Part shown: positions 50,265 through 64,000 of the stretch, in pieces | Position numbering within the stretch: the first letter of the stretch is position 1 | How the letters are laid out: every line of letters begins with the position of its first letter | Assembly: GCA_964188305.1 (NCBI GenBank) | Contig: OZ076896.1 | Direction: 5' to 3' (one strand) | Source of the DNA: Podarcis bocagei | Lineage: Eukaryota | Length of the DNA: 64,000 nucleotides | Notes under the pieces: generated by a model | What the model saw: only the letters and a program-made list of their open reading frames with translations | Told to the model about the DNA's origin: nothing | Databases searched by the model: none | Position numbers and translations under genes: made by a program

Positions 50265-51110
50265 TCTGTATGGCTGGCATCCATCTGTCTTGGGAAACAA
50301 TGAAGGAGTGTGCCTTTGGGGGTGAAATCAAACTGCTGGAAAGTTACAATGTCTGTTGTGGCTGTGGAGACCAATATGGGAGAGACATGTTTTGTTGCAG
50401 CTGGGGCAGATGAAGGCATCTGGTTGTGCTGCTGCAAATGCACCATGGTGTTTCTTCTCTCTGCGCTCCACCCAGCGGTCATTCCTCCTGTGGTCACTGT
50501 CATGTGAGAAGGGTATTTAAGAGCAGAAGCAGTAAAGGAAGCAGTAAAGGAGTCTAGAAATGTTGTGAAATGCTGAAAAGCTGCAGAATCATTTAGCATG
50601 CTGAATCACTGTGACTCATCTTGAGGATGACTCATTCTCTGTATAAGTATTGTATCTGCTTGCAGGCAGACTTGGCATTGGTGGAGCCTGTGCTCTGTGG
50701 AGCCTGTGCTCAGTAAAGACTGTTGGCATGTAATGGCTCTCTGTGACTCACTAACTCTGTGTATGCTCTGAAGCTAGTTTAATCTTCTGTTCACTATGCT
50801 GTTATTTGCAAACAAGTTTATTTTAACTCAGTAAAACTTTTATTCTTTTACTGAAGAAGACTTTGCATTATTAATTTATGCTATGGATCACTGCTATGGA
50901 TATATGTTGAGACTGATTGTCTCCAGCTGCTGCAGTCATCGGCAAGGGATTTTGACATGGTGACATGGTGGGGTTAATGTTGCCAGCCTTCCTGTCACAT
51001 TGCAGACATCTTTGTAACACAAAGTTGGTCCGCAAACAGGCCTGGTGCCTGAAGCCAGCTTCTTGTAGATGGATCCTGCCATCTTCCATTCTGTGGACAT
51101 GACTAAGCTA
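50265..51110 (-). mobile_element. RTE-clade LINE 3' fragment interrupted by a solo LTR-like insert
   Basis: Homologous to 24640-25065; MEDGRI, ASGTRPVCGPTLCYKDVC. Confidence 0.8.
50498..50887 (+). mobile_element. probable solo LTR with 4-bp TSD (TCAC)
   Basis: Absent from the homologous RTE copy at ~24840; starts TGTCAT; the 3' terminus is degenerate. Confidence 0.55.
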
Positions 51111-51239
51111 GCATAGACATGGGAGGGCAGAAGTATCACCCACCAATTCCCCAGGGGGGGGGGGAACCAAGTAGGGTGTTCTGGGGGTAGAGCCTATTTT
51201 TGTTCAGGACGGCATCATCCGCATATAAGAGCACTGAGA

Positions 51240-51530
51240 TTGGTTTTGTGGCCAATTTAGGAGCATGGAACTCCGGAGATGTTAAGCTTTTAACCATGTC
51301 ATTGATATATAGGTTAAATAATGCTGGGGCTAAAATGCAGCCTTGCTTAACCCCTTGGTGACTGGTACAAGGCCTATGAGTTGGCCATTTGTGGAGGATC
51401 TTACGTACAACACAGTATCTTTATATAGGCCATTAATAAAAAATAATAATCTTTTATCTTTACTGGAGATAAAAAAAAGACTCACAGAGTCTTACTCGTG
51501 AAATTGAATCAAAGGCCACTATCTGAATGA
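51240..51530 (-). mobile_element. degenerate LINE RT fragment
   Basis: Reverse strand encodes GVKQGCILAP. Confidence 0.55.
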
Positions 51531-52879
51531 TAATCTTGATCATTTGATTGTCCTTTTTACCCATTGTTGTCTTTTTAATTGTATATATTGCTTGTTTTAT
51601 GTTGCTATGGCCGTTGGCTAATGCAAAGAAAGTTTATCTATCTATCTGGAGGCAGGGAGGAAGTGGGCCATATTAAAATATTTTCCAACAACAGAACTAC
51701 CAGAATTGAAGGGGAGGTGGGGGGGGGGATTAACAAATTCTTGGAACAAAATGGATGCTTTGCTCAAGAACACAGCATGCATTTTCATGACATTATTTTA
51801 CACAGATTTCTTACACATGAATGCCATCAAATGTCTATTACGCTCGATTAATATTATTGATATTCCTTCCCATTTTAGTAGCTGTGCATCTACAGACTGA
51901 TCGGCCGTGTGGTCTCTGCATCTGCTTCTGGTGGCCATTTCGGTGGAGTAGCGGCTAACCTTGAAGATCTACAAACTCTGGGAAGTGTGTCCTATCAAAG
52001 CGAGTGGTAATCTCCATGGCACGCAAGCAATATTTCCACAATATTCAGACCCAAATGTCTCAAATACATTCATTTTCCCTTCCACACAAAAAGTCCAAAA
52101 GTGGTTATCCAATTACTATTATTGATGGATATAAACAGCCAGCCTCATATAACCAACATGCTTAAGTCTAATTAATACCACAGAGTAAGTTGTCCTGCCA
52201 GGTTTAGTTATGTCTACTTCCTCTCACCTTGGGAGAAACTAGATAATCGAGCCTATTGTTCTCTTTCAGCTTACTTGAAAATCTCAGTGTGTATGTTCTT
52301 TTCCAACTTCCCCAGGCCCACTGTGTGACCAGTGCTGGCCCCTGTCTTCAAAGTGCACACACTTCTGCCTCAGTGTAGCAATGCTTGCGAACATCCCATA
52401 ATCATTTGGTTAGCCACTGTGAGAACAAGATACTGGACTAGATGTGCCTTTGGTCTGATCCAGCACACCTCTTCCTATGTTCTTACTTCAGAATCTTAGA
52501 TTGTTCAGTGAATTTATCTTACTGTTTCATTTACATATAATAATTCTAAACATTTAAAGTGGTATCCACTGTTGAATTAAACTTCTACTTGAAGGAACAA
52601 GAAGTCTGTTTCTTTAAATAAAAAACCTGGTAAAAAATAGATTTTTGCTAAGGTCACAACATAGTTATTTTTCATTTGGATGCATCCATTCTGCTAACTT
52701 TCATTTGTACTTTCTGTCTTCAGATTTCAAAGATCTCACCAGATGGGATTTATCAGACATGATGCATTTACCTTTGTGAAAAAAACCTGCTCTTTAGTTT
52801 ACTCTGCGAGTGGCGGGGTGACATTACAATTTGGCAATCGGTTGGAAATGAATCAAATTAGGAAGCAAATCAAAGACCA

Positions 52880-53620
52880 AAGGTCACAACAATGGAAAGA
52901 GCCTTGCTAGATAAGGCAGGGGGTCCTGTTTTCTACAGTCACTTAGCAGATGCCCCTGGAAAACCCAGTAACATATTAATGACCCTCTCCTGCTGTTGTC
53001 CTGGCCCCCAACTGGTAATAAGTGGCACATACTGTGCACACTTTTGTATGTCTACTCAAAAATAATGAAAATCTGTAGGACTCACTCAGAGGCAATTGTG
53101 CATAGGATTGCAGCCAAGGCCTCTGAATGTGTTACCATGTAGCAATGATGGGTAAAAGCTGCTGATAGCTTTATCTTCCATTAATTGGTCCAAACCCCCT
53201 TGAAGCCAGCTACTAAGCTACTAAGTAGAAGTGGCTGCTATATCCTTTTTCTGCAGAAAAAGGGAAGGAGACATAACTCAGTGGTAGAGCACTTGCCTTG
53301 CATACAGAATGTCCCAGGTATAATCCCAGGCATCTCCATGTTGGGCTGGAGGTGTTTCCTGCCTGAAACCTTGGAGAGCCCCTGCTGGTCAGTTTAGACA
53401 ATAGAGAAACAGATGTTCGAAGGCAGCTTACGATATTCCTATGAATTACTAAGTTACCGTTGAGTTGTGTGAAGAAGTAAGTACTTTCTTTTCTCTGTCC
53501 TAAATCTACTACCAATCAATTTGTTGGGTGACCAGAAGCTTGAATATTTTGGGAGAGGAAAATACAGTTTCTCTGTGTCTCAGAAAAATAACTTTATTAA
53601 CCACCATCATGCCCCCTTTT
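52880..53620 (-). mobile_element. old CR1 3' region with nested SINE
   Basis: aaacccccttgaagccag and tgtgtgaagaagtaagtactttc CR1 motifs. Confidence 0.55.
53262..53442 (+). mobile_element. tRNA-derived SINE
   Basis: taactcagtggtagagcac A-box head, gcctgaaaccttggagagcc body. Confidence 0.7.
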
Positions 53621-53640
53621 AGGACCTAACTAACTCATAT

Positions 53641-53974
53641 TATGGGACACGGGTGGCGCTGTGGGTTAAACCACAGAGCCTAGGACTTGCTAATCAGAAG
53701 GTCAGTGGTTCGAATCCCCGCGACGTGGTGAGCTCCTGTTGCTCGTTCCCTGCTCCTGCCCACCTAGCAGTTTGAAAGCACACCAAAAAGTGCTCCAGCA
53801 GGAAGGTAAACGGCGTTTCGGTGTGCTGCTCTGGTTTACCAGAAGTGGCTTAGTCATGCTGGCCACATGACCCGGAAGCTGTACGCCAGCTCCCTCAGCC
53901 AATAAAGCGAGATGAGAGCCGCAACCCCAGAGTCGGTCATGACTGGACCTAATGGTCAGGGGTCCCTTTACCTT
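53641..53974 (+). mobile_element. Sauria SINE with ~10-bp TSD
   Basis: gggacacgggtggcgctgtgggttaaaccacagagcctagg head, ACCTTT tail, TSD taactca(t/g)at. Confidence 0.9.
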
Positions 53975-56900
53975 TAACTCAGATATAAAAGGTGACTTCC
54001 TATTTAGTATGTTGTCGACTCCTGTATTCCAGATATGTCCGGGAAAACTCGGATGTATGGCAACCCTATTTTCCAAACCCATGATCATTTTGGTTTCCCT
54101 TTCCTGCAAATTTTCCAGCTCTACAGTGTCCTTTGATTCTAAACCTAGCCTCTCCTTCCCACAGAGCAGAGGTGATGCTCCCACAAGGAGATGGAGCTTA
54201 CCAGGAAAAATGAAATCTAGTGCACCTAATGTAGCTTTTCGGAGTTGAATTATATGTAAACATGGGACAGAATCCATTTTTATTAGGATTCAGTTCTTAT
54301 GCCTAGAACTATTCCTCTACCTCTATTCAAAATTTAGGATCTGAAACATTTATATTTGAGAAGACAGTTGCCAACTTACATTCCACATTTGTTAATCTGT
54401 GCCACAGACCCAGTTCATTTCTTTAAGACTGAGGCCTGAAGACCAATCCAAAGTTTAGCAGATTTTCTAAAATGCATGGGGAAGTCCTACCTGGGCAATT
54501 GCTTTGCCGTTCATTTCAGTTTCAAGGGCAGCTCTGAGGAAGATTCCCCTGATACTGAATCAAGGACTAGATGCAACCTCGACTGAATGTTTTGCTTTAA
54601 GTGGGCATTTGGCCTTCTACATATGAGAATGGGCTCTATATTTTAATGCCATGGCAATTCTTCAATTCCTTTCCTGGACTCTTTTTCCTCCTTTTTTTGG
54701 TCAATTTATAGACCATCCTTCGAACACAAGGCTCCTGGAATATTTCAATTCTTTTTCCTCCTAAGTTTGGTTTGTTTGGCTTTACTTTACAGAACATTCC
54801 CCCCTCCCCTGAAGCCAAAACATGATAAGAACTGCAAAATACAGCAGGCTGGAGATAAAAACACACTGCAAATATTACCTTGCTTCTGAGCGATGTCTAC
54901 TGCCCACAAAGTATGAACTTGATGAAATTTCAGATCGCTTTCACCATAAATTGGATGTGATTCATAAAGTGTCATCACCTCCCTCCAAAGCATTTTTTGA
55001 GCAAACAATATGCTCATCCTCATCCTCTGCTTCTGTAATAAAAGCTAAAAACCAATTTGATTGTTTAATAAACAATAAAGGAAAGGTGTCAGTTCCATTA
55101 CTGCCCACGTCTTTATCTGGCACCATTATCTATTCGGGACTCATCCTGAATGGCTGATATTAATCTATCAGATCAGACTTGAGCTTAAGTAGTGACATTC
55201 AATTTGTGAAGCCAGAATGTTCTGCAGTTGATTTATCATTTACTGCTGTTGTTTTTTTGTCCTCCACCTTTTCAATTCATTGCTCTGGCTGATCTCTTGT
55301 CTCCTGAACATATTAGTTAAAGCCTTATCATTTGGCTCCATGGTGCATCAATATTTTCTTCCTACCATCTCTAACATATTTCTTTAACACATGCTGGAAG
55401 AGAGATGCTGTTTCCTTACAAATAATTACTCCCCAAATGAAAACTCAGTACGTTCTGCTAAACAACAATATTTTGAATATGAATATCAAATATGCCATGG
55501 AGAAAAGGTATTTGACTGGCTGAATGCTGAACTGAATTTCCCTATAATTAAGATCTGACTCCATGCTTTATTGCTTCATATCCCATCCTCTCCTGTGCTT
55601 GTCTAGAAGACAATATTGTTCTGGATGACACTGATATCATTCCATGCTTACATGCGCAGCATAATGACTGAGTTGCACATGAATAGTGAAAGCTCTGCTC
55701 TGATTTACATTCCATTTAGTTGTAGCTGTTGACATGTAAAGAGCTTCAATGCATCTATATTTTTACCCATTTTGCATTAGAAAACAACTTTGTAGCATTT
55801 GGTCTAAAACTGGAGTTGATGTTAATGTAATGGACAAATAAGCACAGTTTCTGCCAGCATATAGAAGCAAAATGCATCATTTATATACTTTTAGATGGAT
55901 AGCACCCCCCTAAACACTTTAATGGAAAGTAAATGGTTCTAATATTACTCGTTCTCCATGTTGGGAAAAAGCACACTACACTGTGTGAAGATGTGATGAG
56001 CATGTTTACAGGAGCTGTGTTCATATTCAATTCCCAAAGCATGTGGTATGTGAAGAATTATTGACAGTGTAATACTAAGCATGTTTACTCAGAAACAGGA
56101 CTAAATGAGTTCAGCAGGGCTTATTTCAAGGTAAATTGGTATAGGATTGCAGCCTAGATCTTACTAATCAGATTTTTGCCTTGCTGAAGGGCATGGATTG
56201 ACAAATGCAGCTCTTGGTTTAGGTAATAAATTGAGCCATGAAAATCTGGTCCATAAGTCTTCTCTCCAATACTAATTCTTCTAAAGCGACTTCAGAGAGA
56301 GTAGAAAAAGGAAGGATTTAAACAGATGAGCAAAGTGGTAAGCCTTCTTTCCCCCCTTATTATATGGTATAAAACCAATATTTTTCAAAGGAACAGAGAT
56401 GGGGGACATTTTATATTTCCTGCCTTGGGTGGCTATTGGGACACTTTATTTTTATTTTTTTTGCCATTGCCAGCTTTAAAATAGGTTCAAGCATGGAATT
56501 GTCTCATTTAATTCCCCAGAAGGTAGGTAGATAGATTTCTCAAGGTTATTTCATGGTAGAAAAGACATCACTTTTTAAGGTAAAGCTGCAATGCTATTTC
56601 AGGTCTTCTGGACAGTAGCCAAAGAGTTCATACGAGGTACTATAAGCTCTTCCAGTTTATTGGGGATTCCAATCCTATTTCAGTTCATTGCATTCATTCA
56701 GTTGATTCTTTGGGTATGTCATTTATATGGACCATCTAACAGCATGATCCTAACAGTAGATAAGCCAGAATGCCAGGATATTGGCTGACTGAGTCCCACA
56801 AACATCAGCAGAATGACAGTTGGTTTTATCTTCTTGGTTTTTCTTAGGCTGCAAGCCTACAGAGATTTTCCTATTGATAAATAAGAAATGCTAAAAAGTA

Positions 56901-57384
56901 CGTTAATGCTGTTTACTTCTGCAAATTGTGTTTCTTGAATTATGGCTGTGACAAGAGAGTTTCTTTCTTTAAAAATCCTTTATTATTCATTGCTTTTGTT
57001 TTGTTTCTGAGTGCATGTAATGCATGCACAATTTTTGTAGTGTAAGTCATTCATTCTAACTAAAAACAAAATTAGAAATCAGGAAAGAATAGTCATAAGC
57101 AGTCTTCAGTTGGTAGGTCATCGTGACCCACTTTGGGGTTCCAGTATCACCTAAAGCAGAACCAAACAAATCCATGGAAGGAGGAGGAGGAGGTTCCTAA
57201 ATGAATATTTGAGTTCCAGGACTGAAGCACAGAAACTTCGTACACTAGGAAAAAGTCAGTGGAGCAATGGAACTTCAGTAGATTCCATTCCTGAAAGGCA
57301 AGCAAGAGGCATTATCACAATTTAATGACACATTTGGCCCCAGGGACTGTGATTTCCAGCCCCCACTCTAGAGCAGTTTATGAC

Positions 57385-58060
57385 ACAGGTCATTCATGTT
57401 AGCATCTGCCTGACTTGAGAGACAATGAAGTGTGCCTCTGGGGTTGAAGTCAAACTGCTGCATCAGCAGCACTGAAGTGAGCTCTCCAGGAGCAAGCCTG
57501 GGCAGTGTGAATGGAGATCCTGGGCTGCCCAGATGACGAGAACCCTCTTTCAGCCTCACCAATATGTTCCAAAGGAAAGCAGAGCAATACATTTAGCACC
57601 AACTTGGCTGCAGGGAGTGGCCAGAAGAAGGCGTACAAGATGCCACCCAACTGTCTTAGGGGCTCCACTCTGGATTTGTGCAGGATTTACTCCTTACCCT
57701 TTCCCCTCCCAAAGATATCCCGCAAGGCAGAGGAGGTTTTGGATCAGCATTTTCATCCTAGATTGGCTACCTTCCCAGGTTGACAAGCTCCAAATTCCCC
57801 TCACTTCCCTCTACAGCAGGTGCAGAAACTGCCTTTGGCTCCACTATTGTCTCGTCCTCTCAATCTGCTGGAGACTGTCTTCATATGTAAGGGAAGAAGT
57901 CTCTAACTCACCAAGCGTTTGAGACCCATTAGCTACTCTCACCTGGTTTAGCTGGCTGGTCGAAGCTGTTCCCAGCATGTGGCTGCTGTTGCATGCTGAC
58001 TGCTTTTAGGAGCCACAGGTGAGAGCTGAGTGCATGGTGGTGACCAAAGGTGGACAAACT
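57385..58060 (-). mobile_element. RTE/BovB-like LINE remnants
   Basis: 3' end homologous to 24640 and 50265 (gtgcctctgggggttgaagtcaaactg) followed by further RTE-like sequence. Confidence 0.5.
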
Positions 58061-59229
58061 ACCCCAGAAGGAACACAATGTGTACCCCACCAGTGGTACC
58101 TCCCCTCCCCTAACACCCCATACACCCCACAAAATACATTATAATTCATTATAAATTAGGAAGCAGGCATGTTGGCACAAGAACAGAAAAATATGTAAAG
58201 AGAAACCACTCAACACATTCCTGCCCCTGTACAGTGTTCATTTTGTGCTGCTGTTGTTATTTACAAGGTATAATGAGCTATTGCAATAATACTTTTTAAT
58301 GTACCAAAAATTATTTCAGTATATCATGTCACAAAGCACAATTGAAAGATAAACTAAAATGAATCATCCTTCCGAGCAGGGAAACGCAAACTTTAATTAA
58401 AAATAAATGTGTTGTTACTTCTCCTTCACTGTGTCGTGAAATTCCACCAATGTTTCTTTAATTAAACACACTCTGGTATTTTTATTTTTATTTTTAATGA
58501 AATAACTCAATTACTCCAGTCTAATTCTGTATCTAGCCCATAGTGTGGGTGATCATCCAATACTAAATATCATTGCTGTATATTGTTAGATAGTTTGGGT
58601 TATAAAATCATATTTACCATTAATACATTTTCAAAGGTAACTATTTCCACTTTGTATTAACTTCAGGGTTTGATGTGCTGAAAGAATGCAGTGAATTCTT
58701 TACCAACAATGCATATCCAATGTCCCAAATGTGGTGGAGAAGTGTCCTCTGGAGTACCTCCAAACATCCTTCCCACTTCAACTGTCTGGTTAGGTTGATT
58801 TGATTCTTCCCTTGTTCTTGATGTTGATCTTTATTCCCCATGTATTCCTGATGGAAATCTTCACTCTCCCCTTCTTCCCTGCTCAGGGGGAGGGGGCACA
58901 TATCTGTGGCTTGCCCTGACATTGTTGTCATCTTGGTCACATATTGCCATTGTACAGAAGTTAGTTCCCTCTGCCTGGCCCAAACGGGTTCAAGCTGGGG
59001 CAGTTTTATATAAACAGTCAGGATCATGGCCCCACACTTAATCCCAATTCTGACTGATACACCCCTAGGCTTCTACATACTTTTTAAACCCTAATATAAA
59101 TTAAGATGGGTTAATTTTGCATGCCATTGGTTTTGCTGAATGCTAAGCTTGGTGGTAGTTAAGTTTACAAAATCTGGTAACAAAAATAATCTTGCCAGGC
59201 TATCTTTTGTTGTGTAATGTATCTTAAAG

Positions 59230-59367
59230 CAGTGGTAGCCAATGTAGTTTGCTCCAGATGTTGTTAGACTCTAACTCCCAGCAGCCCCAACCAGCATGAC
59301 CAATGACATGGGATGGTGGGAGTTCTAGTCCGCCAACATCTGGAGAGTATTATATTGGCTACCCCTG
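59230..59367. mobile_element. hAT-type MITE (degenerate)
   Basis: Palindromic body (cagtggtagccaa...ttggctacccctg); related to 62512-62647. Confidence 0.65.
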
Positions 59368-59819
59368 TGCTTATTTTTTAAAAAAAATGTATGTGAAGGA
59401 ACAATTTGCGTCTTTAAGGACTTGTCTCATCTGAGACATTATGCTGGAAAACCACAAGGCAAAGTCTGTCCTTGTGAGAGCCCATATATGATTTAAAAGC
59501 CTATTATGAACCAGTAGTACAAGGGAAACAAATAATTGAGCACCACAATGCCAGCATGAGCTAGGAAATAATATTCTAAAGGCACAGCTCCTCTAATGAG
59601 ATTTCCCTTTGCTATTAGTATTACATTCATCCAAGAATTGCTTCCTTATCATGAAGTACAGGAGCTCCTTATTCAGCAGGCCTGAATGAGATTTTAGTAG
59701 TGTGAAGTAGCAACAAGACTGTTTTATAGATTAAAAGCAAATAGTGGTTGTTTTGTGCTTCCCCTGCTTCTCCAATCAGTAGGAAGTTGCAGAGGCAGCC
59801 AAGTCTTTTCTCTGTGTGA

Positions 59820-60070
59820 AGAGAGGGTATGTATATTAGGGATGCTGCTGAATCAGACCAAAGATCAGTCTAGAGCAGCACCCTGTTTTCCAGCTGTGGC
59901 CAGACAGATAGTCCTGGGGGAAAAGGTCCTCTATGTAGCTAGCATCCCAGCATTGGGACACATAATAATTCTGAATATGAAGTTTACTAAATGGCTGGAA
60001 GAGCCATTGATAGACCAATACACCACAAATTTGTCCAGTTCTTTTCCAAACCATCTAAGCCTGCATTCCC
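59820..60070 (-). mobile_element. old CR1 3' end
   Basis: Reverse strand gatggtttggaaaagaactggacaaattt...ggtctatcaatggct, the CR1 ORF2 terminus. Confidence 0.6.
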
Positions 60071-60894
60071 ATTCCCGTTTATTGTACACTCACTGGATTT
60101 CGAGTTCTGTGCTCTTAATCTGTGTCCACACAATGTTATTGAAAACGCAGATGTATCCCATACTTTCTTATATGATACAATTTTCATAACACTTGCGCAA
60201 CTTTTTCTCCTCCAATTTAAAACTCTTTCCGGACTGATAATCAAAAGTCAGCAATGCCTTTTGATGATAATCAAAAAATACCCCCCTTCTATACACACAA
60301 CACCCCTGAAAATGATGCAATGTCACAACATAGCATTGTTCCAAGTGTATACTATATAGGGATGGAGGAGAGAAGGGTTGCTCAATGTCTGAAGGGGCAG
60401 CGAACCTTGTTCTATATACAAATAAGGAAGAAAGAATTTTGACCTTCTTCTGTCTTGTCTTGTTGCTTATTCCTCTAGTGCCACTGGAAATTTTGCCCTC
60501 ACCTTGAAGACAAGCATTCACCTGTCCATTTTTTGGCCTCCCCAACCCCTCCAGAAATGCAAAAAACCAGAGAGAGAAAAGAGCAGGATGAATAATCTGC
60601 TTCACTCTATCATATTTCCATAGTTTTTGCACTCAGAGCAAGTTGCTCTCCTGGGACTACCACTTCAAAAGCAGATGGAAGGCTGCATGTTTGAATGAAG
60701 CTCTACATCCAAAACTGCATGTAGGAAACCAGGCAAGAATAATTCTCCCTAACATAGCAGCTTTCTATGGCCAAGGTTGATGTGTGGTACCATTCTGAGC
60801 TGTGAATATCATCTGCATGTGGCTAATGCCACTTGTAAAGATGCAGCCAAATCTATTCCCCCCAAATCTACATCCAATCCAAAGAAAGTATGTA

Positions 60895-61112
60895 CAGTGG
60901 TACCTCGAGTTACATACGCTTCAGGTTACTGACTCCACTAATCCAGAAATAGTGCTTCAGGTTAAGAACTTTGCTTCAGGATAAGAACAGAAATCATGCT
61001 CCAGCAGTGCAGCGGCAGCAGGAGGCCCCATTAGCTAAAGTGGTGCTTCAGGTTAAGAACAGTTTCAGGTTAACAACGAACCTCCGGAATGAATTAACCC
61101 AAGGTACCACTG
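60895..61112. mobile_element. Tc1/mariner-type MITE
   Basis: TA-cagtggtacct...aggtaccactg-TA. Confidence 0.85.
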
Positions 61113-62039
61113 TACATTGATATTGGCAGAACTATTTTCATGAACTTTTAAAATTTCAATTAAAAAGATATGACTACAGAAAACCTCTTGACATGAAAGA
61201 AGAGCATGCATCTAGAATTATACAAAACTAATAATGGAATAATAATTACGTAGGCCAGCCTTACCACGAGGGAGTGTGATATAGCCATATCAGAAGGCAG
61301 ATGCTGGGGAAGAGCAGTGGCAGCGCCCCTGGCCAATCTTCCTGAGACCCTTGACTCTGCCTCCTGAATTGCTAGGCCAATAGCATCCCCCTGAGCCAGT
61401 ATCCTGATGGCAGCAATGCTTCCTTGTTGATGGCATGTGTTGGTTGTCTTGCCTTGTCACCTTCAGGGGTGGGAGAGAAATTAGTTCTGTTTTCATTTTA
61501 ATGTGAGCCTGCAAAATTTGCACTTTGTGAAATAAGATGGGAACCAAAACACAGCTCTCTAGCAAAATCCACACCTATCTGAATTTTGCAGTGCAGTTCC
61601 CCAACCAAGAAATGGGCATAAAAATGCGCATATTAGTGAAAAGAATGTGTAAAATGCATTCTGTTGAAGAAAAATGGCTTGCAAAAAATGCATCTACTGG
61701 GAAAAATGTTAAAAGTGCATTTTTTAAATAAACCTGCAAAAAAAAATTGTGTGATTTTTTATATTGACTTCTTTAATGATAATGATAATGATGATGTAGA
61801 TGTATGGAGAAATGGAGTGAGCATGAACAAAGATGATGGTTGCCTCTGACAAAGCTGGAACAAACTCCTAATAAAACTCATTTTTAACTACAAGCAATTT
61901 GGCACACTAGAGTCAGGGCCCATTATATGTACAGAAGTTACAAATCACCAGTAAGGAATATTTTGGGTGCAGTTGTGTGCATATCCCTGGCAATATTTTC
62001 CCACGGGAGCTCAATCTATCTTAGAGTTCTGTGCAATAT

Positions 62040-62185
62040 GAGGGAGAACAACTCCTCAGTGGTAGAACATCAGCTTTCTATGCAGAAGGTCTCAGGTTGA
62101 AACCCCACTATCTCCAGATAGGACTGGAAAAGTCCCCTGCCTGAAACCCTGAAGGGACACTACCAGTCACTGTTGACAATGTCTA
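62040..62185 (+). mobile_element. tRNA-derived SINE
   Basis: ctcagtggtagaacat...ggttgaaacccc head; same family as 53262-53442. Confidence 0.65.
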
Positions 62186-62214
62186 AGTGACCAACACTGG
62201 CCTACAAGTGCTCC

Positions 62215-62472
62215 AATTGGAGAACAGCCTTTACCAAAGGTGTCATGGGCTTTCAAGACACTTGAACTCAAAACGAAAGAGAGAAGCATGTTAAGAGGAA
62301 GGCACGCTTGGCAGACCCTTGTTGTGATCAACTTCAGCCCAGAAACCTATGTTCCCACTGTGGAAGAACATGTGGATACAGAATCAGTCTTCACAGTCAC
62401 TTACGGACTCATTGTTAAAACCGTGCTCATGAAAGACAATCTTACTCGACTATGAGTGATCGCCAAGAAGAC
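62215..62472 (+). mobile_element. RTE-clade LINE 3' end
   Basis: Zinc-finger-like tail (CSHCGRTCGYRISLHSHLRTH) and short 3' UTR. Confidence 0.65.
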
Positions 62473-62511
62473 GCTGCTGCTCTCCAAACACTCATTTGCC
62501 TTCCCTTGGAG

Positions 62512-62647
62512 CAGACTTCCTCAAACTCAGCCCTCCAGATGTTTTGAGGCTACAATTCCCATCATCTCTGGTCACTGGTCCTGCTAGCTAGGGATCATGG
62601 GAATTGTAGGCCAAAAACATCTGGAGGGCCGAGTTTGAGGAAGCCTG
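62512..62647. mobile_element. hAT-type MITE with 8-bp TSD CCTTGGAG
   Basis: Long TIRs cag(a/g)cttcctcaaactc(a/g)gccctccagatgtttt; TSD at 62504-62511 and 62648-62655. Confidence 0.9.
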
Positions 62648-63099
62648 CCTTGGAGTGAAGTTCAGTCAGTGTTTGTTTATGGTCTTGGCAGGGATAGAAA
62701 GACCTTGGTATACTTGTGTTTTTCTCTATCCTGCCCATACAGAACATCTACAAGGCACTATGCAGAAGGGCAAAGTGCAGTCATCTCATCTTTCACACAA
62801 ACTAAAATGAGCTTCAGAACTAAAAGTATTTGTTAAGATAAATAGGAAATACAAAGAAACTATACTTTATGAAATAATTACCCCTCCCCAAGTACAGGGG
62901 TGTTTTGAACAATTATGATAAATAAGCTGATTGCTTTTACAGCTTTCTCAATCCTTTAATTATGTTCGAATGTTATTTTAAGTAATGTGTAATTTCGGGA
63001 TGGTATTTTGCTAAAGGTCTTAATTAATGATTGATGCACGAACGCTGAAAGTAAATGAGCATCTTGTAAAGGCTTTGAAAAAAGAACACAATAATATAC

Positions 63100-63101
<2 letters not shown>

Positions 63102-63152
<51 letters not shown>
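63102..63152. repeat. (TG)n microsatellite
   Basis: Direct reading. Confidence 0.95.
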
Positions 63153-63154
<2 letters not shown>

Positions 63155-64000
63155 TATGCATCAAGGTTAGTTGTATGGAACATTCAGAGTTAGTCCAGTC
63201 ATCCATAATGCACTGTTGTCTCCAAGATCTCAGGAATTTGGTATAGAACTCCAGAGCCCCAGTGAGCAGCATGAGCAGGATGGCACCGAAATGCAACAGA
63301 GCTGGCTTAACACATTTTAAAACGGCTGAAGTAATATACATTGCCATCTAAACAGGGGGTGTTTAAGACCATTAAGTCTGTAGACTAAAAATAGCCAACT
63401 GTCAAGATATCATCCTGCTTGAAGATCATTTAAATAGAAATGTCAGAGATTGAATTGGTGACCTTCTGCATGATATACCCTAACACTGAAATATAGCCCC
63501 TCCCTTCATCCAGAATATATTCCTTTATCAAAGATGGGCTGTTTCCCCTCCTGGCTCCAGCCTTTTCCTCTCTGCTCTGATCTGTCTACTAAAAAAATCA
63601 TATTCTCTATATCTTGTCCTAAAGCTAAAAACGGCTTTCCAAAAACACTCCCCCCCCCACTGCCTATGATGTACAGGCTTAAAACTAAAAAGCCAACAGT
63701 GACATTCAGATGTTTGAAGAGGGCTATTAAAGTAAAGCTGCTTAGAATTACAGAAAGTGGGGGGAAGAGATGGGAAAGGAGGGACCTTAAAGAAAGAAAA
63801 CTCTTTAAAGGAAAAGAAGAGAACCACACATGAGGCAGAAGGGTAATTTGGAATAGAGCATAGAGAAGATGATAAACTTGGTAGGAAGCATCTTAAAATA
63901 AACTATAAGGCTGCATCCTCTTGTGTCACTCTGCTGATGAGATGCTCTTTGATCCAGCAGAGGATTCCATGAGCAGAAGTGGTTCCTGTTGGAATATGAG

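Noticed and set aside
54888-55010. Possible host exon on the minus strand ending AAG|GTAAT
   Set aside because: No convincing acceptor and the peptide is not recognisable; cannot be supported without homology or RNA data.
59755-60632. Cluster of 120-150 aa ORFs
   Set aside because: Partly explained by a CR1 3' end; no recognisable protein motifs or splice structure.

Overview
Eukaryotic, repeat-rich DNA from a squamate reptile. Sauria SINEs plus L2/CR1/RTE/L1 fragments suggest a lizard, possibly a lacertid. I found no host protein-coding exon I can support. The dominant feature is a structurally complete but coding-dead Ngaro-type (DIRS order, tyrosine-recombinase) retrotransposon at 466-8611. 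It has split direct repeats A1-[gag, RT/RNaseH, YR, SGNH hydrolase]-B1-A2-spacer-B2. Four further elements (11.3-12.1, 27.8-28.6 and 38.0-39.0 kb, each 0.8-0.9 kb, plus a truncated one at 46.6-46.9 kb) look like solo A-spacer-B units of related families. The three complete ones have 3-bp AA(A/T) crossover cores at both ends. These copies share a covarying RNA structure: nested helices around a two-sided U-rich internal loop resembling an ENE triple-helix stability element. The full element and the three complete units also share a long-range helix that brings this loop next to the poly(A) signal. In the full element the loop lies only in the A2-B2 spacer, so only the full-length transposition RNA would carry it. 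The rest of the window is nested TE debris: a 5'-truncated L1 with a 16-bp TSD, solo LTRs, MITEs, SINEs and microsatellites, plus a 76-bp inverted repeat with perfect 34-bp arms and a copia protease fragment.
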